Assembly: GCA_041695225.1 (NCBI GenBank)
Contig: JBGFRI010000019.1
Coordinates: 1-47,838 of the forward strand
Direction: 5' to 3'
DNA from: Deinococcota bacterium
Lineage (GTDB): Bacteria > Deinococcota > Deinococci > Deinococcales > Thermaceae
DNA length: 47,838 nucleotides
Below are positions 38,896 to 47,838 of the stretch, piece by piece. A program made the translations under genes and the position numbers. The notes under the pieces were generated by a model. It was not told the DNA's origin, did no database searches, and saw only the letters and a program-made list of their open reading frames with translations. Every line of letters starts with the position of its first letter. Position 1 is the stretch's first letter.

Positions 38896-39209
38896 TGCGC
38901 CGGGTACGAATCCTTGAGGAAGCCGCTGAAGAAGTGATCGAAGCGGCGGCTTGGTACGAGCGAGAGCGTGCCGGCCTTGGTGTGGAGTTCTCACAAGCCG
39001 TTGATGCCGCCATCGACCTTCTGGAAGAGGAGATCGTCCCCCTCACAAACATGCCCGGTGGGGCGGGCTCGCGTGGCGCTAAGAGGCTGCTTCTCAAGCG
39101 CTTTCCATACGATATTGTTGTGCGGGAGTTTCCAGAAGAAGTAATCATTGTCGCTATAGCTCATCATTCTCGACGTCCAGGCTACTGGCGGCACCGTTTG
39201 CGTATCTAA
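38895..39209 (+). CDS. RelE/ParE family toxin
   Basis: A..E..EAAAWYE....GLG.EF ... LKRFPY.IV......IVAIAH.SRRPGYW. Confidence 0.9.
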   Translation: MRRVRILEEAAEEVIEAAAWYERERAGLGVEFSQAVDAAIDLLEEEIVPLTNMPGGAGSRGAKRLLLKRFPYDIVVREFPEEVIIVAIAHHSRRPGYWRHRLRI

Positions 39210-39466
39210 CATCTGTTTATCGAGTAGCAAGCAGTGTGAAAACGGGATCACTGGCTTTAGATGTGGCAACAGTTAGCCCTTAAGTGTTCAAGCAATCCAG
39301 AAAGCCCTGCAGCCTGAGCTCGCCCTTAGTCTAGGAGCGTTGGCTCTATTGGTGGTTCTCTGGTTGCCCTTGACCGATAACCCACCAGCCTGGTTGGGTG
39401 GTGCAAATACCACAAATTCTTCTTACCGCCACCCCTAAACTGGCTGTTATGCAGGGGTCGCGCCCC

Positions 39467-40504
39467 ATGACGTTAAATGAACTCAAGCGTATAACCTATT
39501 TTTGGGCCTTGCTGATAGCCGTACCCACCCTGGGGCTGGTCTGGTGGTTTCGGCTCGATGACCCCTTTATCCGATTTCTTTATCCGGTGTTTGCACTGCT
39601 ATGCGGCTTATGGATATGGCGCTTGTGGGCCAGGACGGGTCTAGAGCGCGTAGAAAAGGAAACCATCACTGGGGTTGGGGTATTTTTTGGGCTGAAATTT
39701 GCCTTCAACCTGTTTTTTACCGACCTGAGCGCCAACTGGGCCGAAATAGAAAGCTCCTACTGGGCCTTAGCTTATGTAATGGTGCTGGTCTATATCGTTT
39801 TTACCCCGCGGCAGGGCCTGATGGTGGGCCTGGCCATTGTTGTTCTGACCCTTGCACTGGGGCTATTTCGACTGGGGGCAGAGTTCTCCAGTGGGCGCCA
39901 CCAGGAGGAGTTTCTGGCCTTTGTCCGCGGCGAAATTCGCCTGCTAGCGATGGCAGGTCTGCTCTACCTGCTGGCTGCGGTCAAAGATCGCCTGGCCCAG
40001 ATGAACCGTCAAGTGGAAGAGATGCATACCCTAGCCCGTACCGACCCCCTTACCGGCCTACCCAATCGCCTGGCGCTAAGCGAGTACCTGGAAGTAGAGG
40101 CACACCAGCCCCAGGGCCTAAATGTGGTATTGCTGGATATAGATTTCTTCAAGCAGATCAACGACCGCTATGGGCATAATGTGGGGGACGAGGTGCTCAA
40201 AGAGGTGGGTCGGCGGCTGCGTGCCTCGTTGCGCAGAGGCGATGTGCTTGGGCGCTGGGGTGGCGAGGAATTTATGATTGTAATGCGGGGTGACAGCCAG
40301 CACGATGTGCTGGCCGCGGTGGAGCGCCTGCGGGAAGATATTGCCTTCTGGCCTTTTGAACTGGTGGGAGCGGTATCGGCGAGCTTTGGGGTGGCCGAGG
40401 GGCATATGGGTGACAGTATTAATAACATGCTGGAGCGGGCCGACAAGGCTTTGTATCAGGCCAAGCACCTGGGCCGCAATCGGGTTGAATTAGGTCTGAC
40501 GTAG
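39467..40504 (+). CDS. Membrane-bound diguanylate cyclase (GGDEF)
   Basis: About 6 TM helices, TDPLTGLPNR, DIDFFK.INDRYGH, RxxD I-site, GGEEF; start uncertain. Confidence 0.92.
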   Translation: MTLNELKRITYFWALLIAVPTLGLVWWFRLDDPFIRFLYPVFALLCGLWIWRLWARTGLERVEKETITGVGVFFGLKFAFNLFFTDLSANWAEIESSYWALAYVMVLVYIVFTPRQGLMVGLAIVVLTLALGLFRLGAEFSSGRHQEEFLAFVRGEIRLLAMAGLLYLLAAVKDRLAQMNRQVEEMHTLARTDPLTGLPNRLALSEYLEVEAHQPQGLNVVLLDIDFFKQINDRYGHNVGDEVLKEVGRRLRASLRRGDVLGRWGGEEFMIVMRGDSQHDVLAAVERLREDIAFWPFELVGAVSASFGVAEGHMGDSINNMLERADKALYQAKHLGRNRVELGLT

Positions 40505-40596
40505 GAGTTGTTTGAGGAAAGTCTACAGTTACGGTGTGACTTTTTACACCTTGAGCCCGAGTCTGTGCGCTGGTAGTACCACCACCGATGTAGTAA

Positions 40597-42333
40597 CTAC
40601 CTCGAGACTACCTCATCTTCTTCGGCCGGCGCAGGCTCTGGCCCAACCTGGAAGACCGCCCGCCAGGGGCGGAAATTGGTGTTGAGTACATCAACATCTA
40701 CCTTGCCGTCGGGGCGGGTGATGGTGCGGGTGATGCGGGTACGAAAACCATCTACGGCCCAGTCTACCTGCCTGACTTCGCCGGGGCGAAGGCTGGGTTC
40801 TTCGATGTATAGCGGAGGCGGGTGGGGGGTTCGGGAAAGAATCACCGGCTGTGAAACCGTTACCTGTCGCCCATCGGGAATGCCATAGATGCGCACGGTG
40901 TGTGTGGTGCGAGTTACGGTGCTACGGACGACCAGGGGGCCGGGGGTATCGTTGCGGGACCGCAGGTTCAAATAGGGCTCATAGACGGCGGAATCGAAGC
41001 CTACGATATTGTCGTACCAGCGCACGCGGTAAGAGTGTGCATGGCGCTCCAGGATGGGTAGCCCGGCCCGATACAGGGCGCGCAGAGCGGTGGTAGAGAC
41101 CTGACAGACCCCACCCCCCACGGCCATGACGGTACGCCCGCCAGAGATGATCATAGCCTCCTTGAAGCCATTTTCTGGGCTGATCTCGCCGACGGCCTGA
41201 TTGAAGTTAAACACCCCACCAGCGAGTACGACATAGCCATCCAGTCGGCGGGCCGCTTTATGTACATTAACAATGCGCCCGGCAGGGGAGCCAGCGTAGT
41301 AGGTTGTGGCCTCGGCCAGCAATTGCAGGTCTTCGGCCCTGGGCAGGCTGGCAGCCCGTACCAGCGCAGGCCTGGGAACCACCGTCAGAACAAACTCACT
41401 CAGGTCTGGGCGCAGCAACTCGAGCCGGAGTCGCTGGCGGGTTTCGGGCTGGTTCAGCTTCCAGCCCGCTGCCTCAGGCTGTACCACCAGCCGCCCCTCG
41501 GGGCCCAGGGTGTAGCGGGCATCAACGGGCAGGCGATCATGACGCTTAGCCATCTCAGCCAGAACTTTGTTCAGCGCTGCAGGGTTAATCTTGACCTCAT
41601 CCTGCACACTCAAAAGCGCAGCCACTTCAGGCACGCCGAGGGTGCGTCTGTGCACCTGTGCGCCGGCGGCCTGCCTGGGCTCGGTATAAACCAGGGTGAT
41701 AGGCCGCAGGAGATCATTGGCCTTGCGGGCCACCGGCTTTAGCATGCTGGCGGTAACGTCAGGGGAAATGCTACGGGGGAAAAACTCCAGCACGGTCTTC
41801 TCTGGATACCTCACGTAGGTTTCGATGGCGCTGTCAATATCCAGCTTCATCCCTGCTCTATCGGGCCTAACCACGTACTGCGCGTGCTTGAAGACTACCC
41901 TGGCATTTACCGGGGCATATTCAAGCGATTGAGCAATTTGCTGCAGGCGCTTTTCGATGGCCGCCGCGTCAACCCTGGGAACCAGGGGAATCTGAACCTT
42001 TCCACGCAGAGCTGCGATGCGTTCACTAAAACCTTCGCGTCCAACGGCAAAGGCTAGTTGGGCGGTGGCCCCTGGGTCTGGTTTCCAGCCCAGCTCGGCG
42101 GCGGGGACTTCTATAGTTTTATCTCCAGCTTTGAGGGTGAGTTGGGGCGGGACAATGTTTTGCGTTTCCAGGGCAATTTTTAAAGCGGCCTCTTCCAGGG
42201 TCAGACCGCCCACCGCTACCCCTGCGGCCTCCACCCCGGCAAAAACCCGGTCGTGGTGGTAGCGCTCAAATGCAGCCCAGCCCACCGCCAGCCCAGTGAG
42301 TATTGCCAAGGCAACCAGTACTCCCCGTTTCAT
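40597..42333 (-). CDS. VanW family protein with peptidoglycan-binding repeats
   Basis: N-terminal anchor; FNFNQ.VG, GGGVCQVSTT, ERHAHS, NDT motifs. Confidence 0.9.
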   Translation of the reverse strand: MKRGVLVALAILTGLAVGWAAFERYHHDRVFAGVEAAGVAVGGLTLEEAALKIALETQNIVPPQLTLKAGDKTIEVPAAELGWKPDPGATAQLAFAVGREGFSERIAALRGKVQIPLVPRVDAAAIEKRLQQIAQSLEYAPVNARVVFKHAQYVVRPDRAGMKLDIDSAIETYVRYPEKTVLEFFPRSISPDVTASMLKPVARKANDLLRPITLVYTEPRQAAGAQVHRRTLGVPEVAALLSVQDEVKINPAALNKVLAEMAKRHDRLPVDARYTLGPEGRLVVQPEAAGWKLNQPETRQRLRLELLRPDLSEFVLTVVPRPALVRAASLPRAEDLQLLAEATTYYAGSPAGRIVNVHKAARRLDGYVVLAGGVFNFNQAVGEISPENGFKEAMIISGGRTVMAVGGGVCQVSTTALRALYRAGLPILERHAHSYRVRWYDNIVGFDSAVYEPYLNLRSRNDTPGPLVVRSTVTRTTHTVRIYGIPDGRQVTVSQPVILSRTPHPPPLYIEEPSLRPGEVRQVDWAVDGFRTRITRTITRPDGKVDVDVLNTNFRPWRAVFQVGPEPAPAEEDEVVSR

Positions 42334-42445
42334 CCGATTTTGAGTATAGCGCTTGGATGCTGGCTGGATATGCAGAGAATAACCCAAATTAACTTTTAGC
42401 TCGTCGGGCTTTCATGTGGGCTGAACGTTTGCCAGGAGTACATTG

Positions 42446-42517
42446 GCTAATAGCTCATATTATAGCGGATAGCCAAAAGCGGTTGTCGCTATCAGCCATC
42501 AGCTATCGGCTATCAGC
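42446..42517. repeat. Head-to-head heptamer array (GCTATCA type)
   Basis: gctaata gctcata .. gcggata gccaaaa | gctatca gccatca gctatcg gctatca. Confidence 0.82.
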
Positions 42518-42634
42518 ACCGGCTCTTGAAACAATTCGCCCTAGCCGCTATAGTTGTAACTTGGCTGGGTCAGAAGACCCGAGCCGTTCTGCAGGATGTG
42601 CCCGCATTCTGGACGGCTTACTGGAGAGTGTGTT

Positions 42635-42940
42635 ATGTACGCAATCATCAAGACCGGCGGTAAACAGTACCGTGCAGAGGCTGGAAGCAGGCTGCGCGTA
42701 GAGAAGCTCGAGGCCAGCCCCGGCGATACCCTCGAGTTCGAGGCCCTGATGCTGGGCGGAGAGAAGACCGTGCTGGGCAGCCCCACCGTGCCCGGCGCTA
42801 AGGTGCTGGCCGAGGTGGTGGCCCAGGGCAAAGGCAAAAAAGTGGTGGTGGCAAAGTTCAAGGCCAAAATTCAGTACCGCCGTAGGCGGGGCCACCGCCA
42901 GCCCTACACCGAGATTCTGGTCAAGGAGATTCGCGCTTAG
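42635..42940 (+). CDS. rplU: 50S ribosomal protein L21
   Basis: MYAIIKTGGKQY ... GHRQPYT. Confidence 0.97.
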   Translation: MYAIIKTGGKQYRAEAGSRLRVEKLEASPGDTLEFEALMLGGEKTVLGSPTVPGAKVLAEVVAQGKGKKVVVAKFKAKIQYRRRRGHRQPYTEILVKEIRA

Positions 42941-43004
42941 TTGCTGATAGCTGGCAACTTCGCCACCACGCTATAAGCGCAGTAGCGTTCCGAAGGAGCA
43001 AAAA

Positions 43005-43280
43005 ATGGCACATAAAAAGGGTCTGGGTTCAACCAAAAACGGGCGCGACAGCCAGTCCAAGCGCCTGGGTGTGAAGCGTTTTGAGGGCCAGGTAGTCAGG
43101 GCGGGTAACGTGCTGGTGCGCCAGCGCGGCACCAGGTTTCGGGCTGGCGAGGGCGTGGGCCAGGGCCGCGACTACACGCTGTTTGCCCTGGTAGACGGGG
43201 TGGTGGAATTTGTGGACAAAGGGCGTATGGGCCGCTTCATCCGGGTCAAGTCTGCCGAAGTGGCCAGGGCTAGCGGTTAG
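43005..43280 (+). CDS. rpmA: 50S ribosomal protein L27
   Basis: [27 protein letters not shown]. Confidence 0.98.
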   Translation: MAHKKGLGSTKNGRDSQSKRLGVKRFEGQVVRAGNVLVRQRGTRFRAGEGVGQGRDYTLFALVDGVVEFVDKGRMGRFIRVKSAEVARASG

Positions 43281-43317
43281 GCTGCACCCATAACCCGAAG
43301 CTGCTACCACTCAGGTG

Positions 43318-43366
43318 GTCGAAAGTCGAAGGCTAAAGGTCGAAAGCCAAAAGCTGAAAGCCAGAA
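43318..43366. repeat. Heptamer array between rpmA and obgE
   Basis: gtcgaaa gtcgaag gctaaag gtcgaaa gccaaaa gctgaaa gccagaa. Confidence 0.85.
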
Positions 43367-43614
43367 ATCCTGGCTGAGGCAGTATATCCAGCCGTTCCGA
43401 ACCCGACCTGATACCTGCGACAGTATTTCGTCGACCCGCGAGCCTAGGGGCTTGACCTCCTTCGGCAAATCCCCTTAGGGCGAGCCTGGCAGGCTGCCCT
43501 GAGCCAGTAGTGGGGACCAGGCCTGAAACCTGCGAGATCATTCAACTTGCGAGATGCTCGAGCTTACCCTAATCACTACATAAAACCGGCTTACCCGGCT
43601 GCCCGCTATCAGCT

Positions 43615-44865
43615 ATGTTCAGAGACACCCTCGAGATCACCGTAACCGCCGGACGTGGCGGCGACGGCTGCATCAGCTTCTGGCGGGAGCGCTTTATTGC
43701 CAAGGGAGGCCCCGACGGGGGCGACGGGGGCGACGGGGGCTCGGTAATTTTGCGAGCGCTGGGCCAGGTAGACTCGCTTTCCAACCTCTCCAAGCGGGTC
43801 TACAAGGCCCAAAGCGGACAGCACGGTATGGGCAAGGGGCTTTTTGGCAGATCGGGCCAGGACCTGATTATCGAGGTGCCGCGTGGAACCCGGGTCAGCG
43901 ACGCCGAGACCGGTGAGCTGCTGGCCGACCTGATCGAGGAGGGCCAGACCTTTGTAGCAGCCAGAGGGGGTGAGGGCGGCTGGGGTAATTCCCGTTTTGT
44001 GACCCCTACCCGGCAGGGGCCACGCTTTGCCGAGGCGGGCGAAGAGGGCGAGAAGCGCAGGCTGCGCCTCGAGCTGATGCTGCTGGCTGATGTGGGCCTG
44101 GTGGGCTATCCCAATGCCGGCAAGAGCAGCTTGCTGGCGGCCCTGACTAATGCCCAGCCCAAAATTGCCAGTTACCCTTTTACCACCCTGGCCCCAAACC
44201 TGGGGGTTATCGAGCGCGACCTAGAGCGCATTACCATGGCCGATATCCCCGGCATCATCGAAGGTGCGGCCCAGGGCAAGGGCCTTGGGCTAGACTTTCT
44301 GCGACACATCGCCCGCACCAGGGTTCTGCTGTATGTGCTGGACGGCGCCGACCAGCCGGTGCAGACCCTGCAAACCTTGCAGGCCGAGCTGCGGGCCTAT
44401 AACCCCGAGCTGCTCTCCCGCCCGGCCCTGATTGCCCTTAACAAGAGCGATCTGCTGTCCGAACAGGAGGCCCAGAGCCTTCTTACCGAACTGACCAGAG
44501 CGGGTCTGCCGGTGTTGCTGTGTTCTGCCCAGACCCGCCAGGGCCTATCTGAACTGGTGGAGGCGCTTTTTGCCCTGGTACAGGCCGCCCCCAGACCAAA
44601 AGTAGAACAGCCCAAACCCAGGCCCGAGGCTGGGGAGTACATCAAGGTGGTGCAGGTAGAAGAAGGGGTGTTTGAGCTCGAGGCCCCCCAGGTACAGCGC
44701 CATCTGGACCGACTCAAGGGTGAGATGATGGAGGCCGCGGGCTATCTGCAGGAGTTGTTCAAACGCTACCGGGTAGAGCAGGCCCTCAGAGCAAAGGGGG
44801 TGCGGGCCGGCGATACCGTGCGCTTTGGACGGCACGAGTTTGAGTACATTCCCGAGGCGCCCTAG
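43615..44865 (+). CDS. obgE: GTPase Obg/CgtA
   Basis: Gly-rich Obg fold, [23 protein letters not shown]-terminal OCT domain. Confidence 0.97.
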   Translation: MFRDTLEITVTAGRGGDGCISFWRERFIAKGGPDGGDGGDGGSVILRALGQVDSLSNLSKRVYKAQSGQHGMGKGLFGRSGQDLIIEVPRGTRVSDAETGELLADLIEEGQTFVAARGGEGGWGNSRFVTPTRQGPRFAEAGEEGEKRRLRLELMLLADVGLVGYPNAGKSSLLAALTNAQPKIASYPFTTLAPNLGVIERDLERITMADIPGIIEGAAQGKGLGLDFLRHIARTRVLLYVLDGADQPVQTLQTLQAELRAYNPELLSRPALIALNKSDLLSEQEAQSLLTELTRAGLPVLLCSAQTRQGLSELVEALFALVQAAPRPKVEQPKPRPEAGEYIKVVQVEEGVFELEAPQVQRHLDRLKGEMMEAAGYLQELFKRYRVEQALRAKGVRAGDTVRFGRHEFEYIPEAP

Positions 44866-44904
44866 CACCACTGGGCCAACTTTGCTCATGTACAATGAGG
44901 TCGA

Positions 44905-45249
44905 ATGGTCAAGACCATTGATACCCAAACCCTGATCAGACACCTCAAAGAAGCTCTGGAAGACAAGAAGGCTCTGGATGTGGTAGCGCTAGACCTGACT
45001 GCGGTATCCGACTCGCTGGACTATTTTGTCATAGCCACCGGGACTTCCCAGCCCCACCTGCAAGCCCTCGAACGGGCCGTGCGGGAGAAGCTACACCAGG
45101 AAGACGGTGTGCGGGCCAGCCGGGTCGAAGGCCCCAGCCCACGCTGGGTGCTGCTCGACTACGGCACGGTACTGGTACACCTGATGAGCGCCGAGGCCCG
45201 CGAGTATTACGACCTGGAAGGCTTCTGGGCCGATGCAAAGCAAATTTGA
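44905..45249 (+). CDS. rsfS: Ribosome silencing factor
   Basis: DKKA.D, DYFVIATG.S..H, WVLLDYG..LVH, REYYDLE.FW. Confidence 0.95.
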   Translation: MVKTIDTQTLIRHLKEALEDKKALDVVALDLTAVSDSLDYFVIATGTSQPHLQALERAVREKLHQEDGVRASRVEGPSPRWVLLDYGTVLVHLMSAEAREYYDLEGFWADAKQI

Positions 45250-45267
45250 CCAACGACTGGCTTTGCC

Positions 45268-45738
45268 TTATGGACAAAGCCCAGAGGTCCAGCCGCGGTC
45301 TGGCCCACGGTAACACAAGAAACGCTGCCCCGCCCACTCAACTTTCCAGACCCCCATCTCCTTCACCAGCTCTACCCTGGTTTCGATCTGCCGCACAGAG
45401 TCATCGGGAAGGTTGTGGGTTCTAATGACCACTACTGCCCTGTGGCTGGTAGAGACCCTCAGGTCTACCCGTGCAGGCTGAGTGTTGTCGGGGTTGGGAA
45501 AGCCGGCCACGCGTAGCGCGATGGCTTTGGGGTCTTGAGTCCAGGGCATTCTGCTAAGCAGCGCCTTCTGGTAATCCTGTTCGAACTCTTGCCAGCGCGG
45601 GCCAGCCAGGTCCAGCGGTCTGTAATCATCCCGACCCGGCGGCCAGAGCAGGTAAACCACCATGCCCAAAACCAGAACGGCCCCTGTGACTAAGGCCAGC
45701 CTACGCCAGCGCGCCTGGTCTTTAGATTCATTCGACAT
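45268..45738 (-). CDS. Hypothetical membrane-anchored protein
   Basis: Single TM helix; DDSV motif and C-terminal C..G....W....CP. Confidence 0.7.
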   Translation of the reverse strand: MSNESKDQARWRRLALVTGAVLVLGMVVYLLWPPGRDDYRPLDLAGPRWQEFEQDYQKALLSRMPWTQDPKAIALRVAGFPNPDNTQPARVDLRVSTSHRAVVVIRTHNLPDDSVRQIETRVELVKEMGVWKVEWAGQRFLCYRGPDRGWTSGLCP

Positions 45739-45824
45739 CTTCGTTACCAGCCGTTAGCAGGATTCAGATGTTCCGAATAATTTCTAAAGCAAACACGGCA
45801 AACTACACTTGCTAAAAGAATCGG

Positions 45825-46130
45825 CTACTTTGGTTTGGTGGAGGAGTTTTGCGGGTTGGCCTGGGGTGGCCGGTAGTTGCGGATGGGGGCAAAAATAAAT
45901 TTATTGAAGACGATATAGGCCGCCAGATAAGCCCCCATCTGCACCCAGAAGTTGTTAAACAAAGTGACCCCGGCGCCCGCAAGAAAGGTCATTAGCAGGG
46001 TCAGGGGCATCACCACAATAAAGGCCCGCAGCAGCATGCTGGGAAACACCCGGAGCATATCCCGGCCTGAAAGGGGGGTGCGGGGCTGTGTTTTGCGCTT
46101 CATCTTGTCTTCCCGGCGTTTTTTACCCAT
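45825..46130 (-). CDS. Hypothetical small membrane protein
   Basis: Basic N-terminus, 2 TM helices; TAAACT 7 nt before ATG 46130. Confidence 0.7.
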   Translation of the reverse strand: MGKKRREDKMKRKTQPRTPLSGRDMLRVFPSMLLRAFIVVMPLTLLMTFLAGAGVTLFNNFWVQMGAYLAAYIVFNKFIFAPIRNYRPPQANPQNSSTKPK

Positions 46131-46202
46131 AGTCCTAAGTTTAAGGCCAAGCCGGGCTATCGCATAGGGCGCAACCCGGCCAGGCTTCATCCGGCTGGCC
46201 TT

Positions 46203-47342
46203 GTGCTTTATGCTGAACGGGTGCGACAGCTATGGGAAGAACTTTGTGCCTTGCCGCACCGGGGGAGTGCAACCGCCAACGAGGCCCTGGCCGCGCAGCA
46301 GCTAAAGAGATACCTCGAGCAACCCCTGCCCAGCTCTTCGGTAACCGACGCGACTACAGGGCTAAAGGCCCTCGCCGAGTCATCCCCGCTTCCCAGGCAT
46401 CAGGTGGAGGTACAGGCCTTTGCTGCTCCACGCAGCTATGGTCCCGAGCTAATTCTGATTGCCCTGCTGCTGGCGCTGGGAGGGTTGGGGGGCCTGTGGT
46501 GGCTGGCGCTGGTGGGAACCATAGGCTTCTGGGCGCATTTTTCTGGCTGGCGCAGGCCGTGGAGTCGGTGGTTTGAACGCCATCCCTCGCAAAATTTGCT
46601 GGTGCAGAGCGGCCAGGGCCAAAAAACCCTGGTCTTGATGGCCCACTACGATACCGCCAAGACATTTTTCCTGTATCACCCCAAGCAGGTCAGGTTTTTC
46701 CGGCGAAATTTTCTGATTAACGCGGCTTTTGCCACGGTTTTACCCTATGGGGCCTTGCTGCCCTGGGTCTCACAGCTGCTGGGCCTGTATTTTCTTGTAC
46801 AGGCCGCGCTGCTGGTCTGGCGTGAGCTAAAGGCGCCTTATGTCAACGGGGCCAACGACAACGCCAGCGGGGTGGTAGTAGCGGTGCAGTTGTTTGAGGA
46901 ACTAACCCAAGACCCCCTGCCCAACTACCGGGTGATGCTGGCCCTTACGGGCAGCGAAGAAGTGGGAGCCCACGGGGCAGAGCACCTGGTACGCTCGGGC
47001 CGGATTCCGGCCGATGCCCTGGTGCTCAACATTGACAACGTGGGCAAGGGCGAGCTGTTTTACGCTACTGGCGAAGGGATGCTGGTCTACCACCCCTACC
47101 GGGGGGCCCTGCTAGAACTAGCCAGGGCCAGCGCTGGCGCTAAACCAGTTCAGTACCGGCTGGCTTTTTTCGATACCCGCCCTTTTGCGGCCCGGGGCGT
47201 CTCTTGCCTATCGCTAATTCGTTTGGAGAACGGCATTCCACCCAACTGGCACTGGCCTTCAGACCAGCCCGAGGGAGTGGACTGGGGCCAGGTGGAAGAG
47301 ACCCTGGCTTACGCGCGCAGACTGGTGCGCCAGCTAACTTGA
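46203..47342 (+). CDS. M28 family metallopeptidase, membrane-embedded
   Basis: HRGSAT, MAHYDT, GANDNASG, GSEEVG, NIDNVG, WHWPSD. Confidence 0.9.
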   Translation: MLYAERVRQLWEELCALPHRGSATANEALAAQQLKRYLEQPLPSSSVTDATTGLKALAESSPLPRHQVEVQAFAAPRSYGPELILIALLLALGGLGGLWWLALVGTIGFWAHFSGWRRPWSRWFERHPSQNLLVQSGQGQKTLVLMAHYDTAKTFFLYHPKQVRFFRRNFLINAAFATVLPYGALLPWVSQLLGLYFLVQAALLVWRELKAPYVNGANDNASGVVVAVQLFEELTQDPLPNYRVMLALTGSEEVGAHGAEHLVRSGRIPADALVLNIDNVGKGELFYATGEGMLVYHPYRGALLELARASAGAKPVQYRLAFFDTRPFAARGVSCLSLIRLENGIPPNWHWPSDQPEGVDWGQVEETLAYARRLVRQLT

Positions 47343-47353
47343 CCCCATGTAGA

Positions 47354-47531
47354 ATGTCGCAGGTCTCAGGTCTCAGGTCAGAAGTTAGTCGAAGGTCGAA
47401 GGTCGAAGGTCGAAAGTTAGTCTCAGGTCGCGGGTCGAGAGTCACAAGTTATTAGCCATTGGCTATAGGCTATCGACTATCGACTCATCAAATGTCTCAG
47501 GTCGCAGGTCAAAAGCTATCAGCTATCAGCC
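47354..47531. repeat. Long composite heptamer array
   Basis: gtcgcag gtctcag x2 gtcagaa gtta gtcgaag x3 gtcgaaa gtta gtctcag ... ggctata ggctatc gactatc ... atgtctcag gtcgcag gtcaaaa gctatca x2. Confidence 0.93.
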
Positions 47532-47718
47532 ACATGAAACCCGTGGCAGATGATTTTCGTCTATCAAAATCTGGGTCTGGTTTATTTTGCGCAGGCTTAG
47601 CTAATCAGATGAAATATACTCATCGGCGTGGGTCGAAAGGGTATGCCAGCCAGACTGCCCAAGCGGAAATATGTGATCAGCAGTTGTTCAGATACCCGGC
47701 TTGGACAGCATGCCTGGC

Positions 47719-47838
47719 TAGTATAGCGTTCACAAAATAACGTTCGATGATTAGACCATAACCTCATCAAGCTTGTATTTCCACTTGAACACTACCGGAG
47801 CAGCATTGACCTCGTCGAGATATTGCTCGATCCTTTGT
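47719..47838 (-). mobile_element. Right end of an IS630-like element with transposase C-terminus (47751 to window edge)
   Basis: Minus strand QRIEQYLDEVNAAPVVFKWKYKLDEVMV*; putative end TA|GTATAGCGTTCAC about 30 nt past the stop. Confidence 0.65.

Noticed and set aside
39204..39278. attC downstream of the toxin on the plus strand
   Set aside because: No complementary L boxes; ATCTAAC is better read as the minus-strand core site that starts the cassette
47140..47740. Small ORFs 47140-47445, 47204-47455 and 47459-47740
   Set aside because: Low-complexity translations of repeat arrays or antisense to the peptidase

Overview
GC-rich chromosomal segment, most likely from Deinococcus-Thermus (Meiothermus-like). 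This is inferred from protein style and from many leaderless genes whose -10 box lies 6-8 nt before the start codon. The backbone is housekeeping: ABC ATPase, uppS, murE, Nif3-like, tmk, trpF, lutAB, acyl-CoA synthetase, tgt, plsY, rplU-rpmA-obgE-rsfS, tRNA-Asp and tRNA-Phe. It also carries an 11-kb Pil-Chp-like chemosensory cluster with a stand-alone MHYT sensor, a PatA-like DUF4388 protein and a REC-Roadblock protein. The most unusual layer is non-coding: about 17 arrays of degenerate 7-bp repeats (GTCNNAR / GCTATCA), often paired head-to-head, sharing higher-order modules tens of kb apart, and found inside a restriction endonuclease gene and at stop/start junctions of operons. Other accessory signals are a decayed Type II R-M pair, a stand-alone SRA-like domain, a RAYT/REP remnant with REP-like insertions in ybjQ, a toxin-antitoxin integron cassette with an attC site but no integrase, a structured leader on a histone H1-like gene, and the end of an IS630-like element. 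All calls come from reading the sequence; no database search was run.
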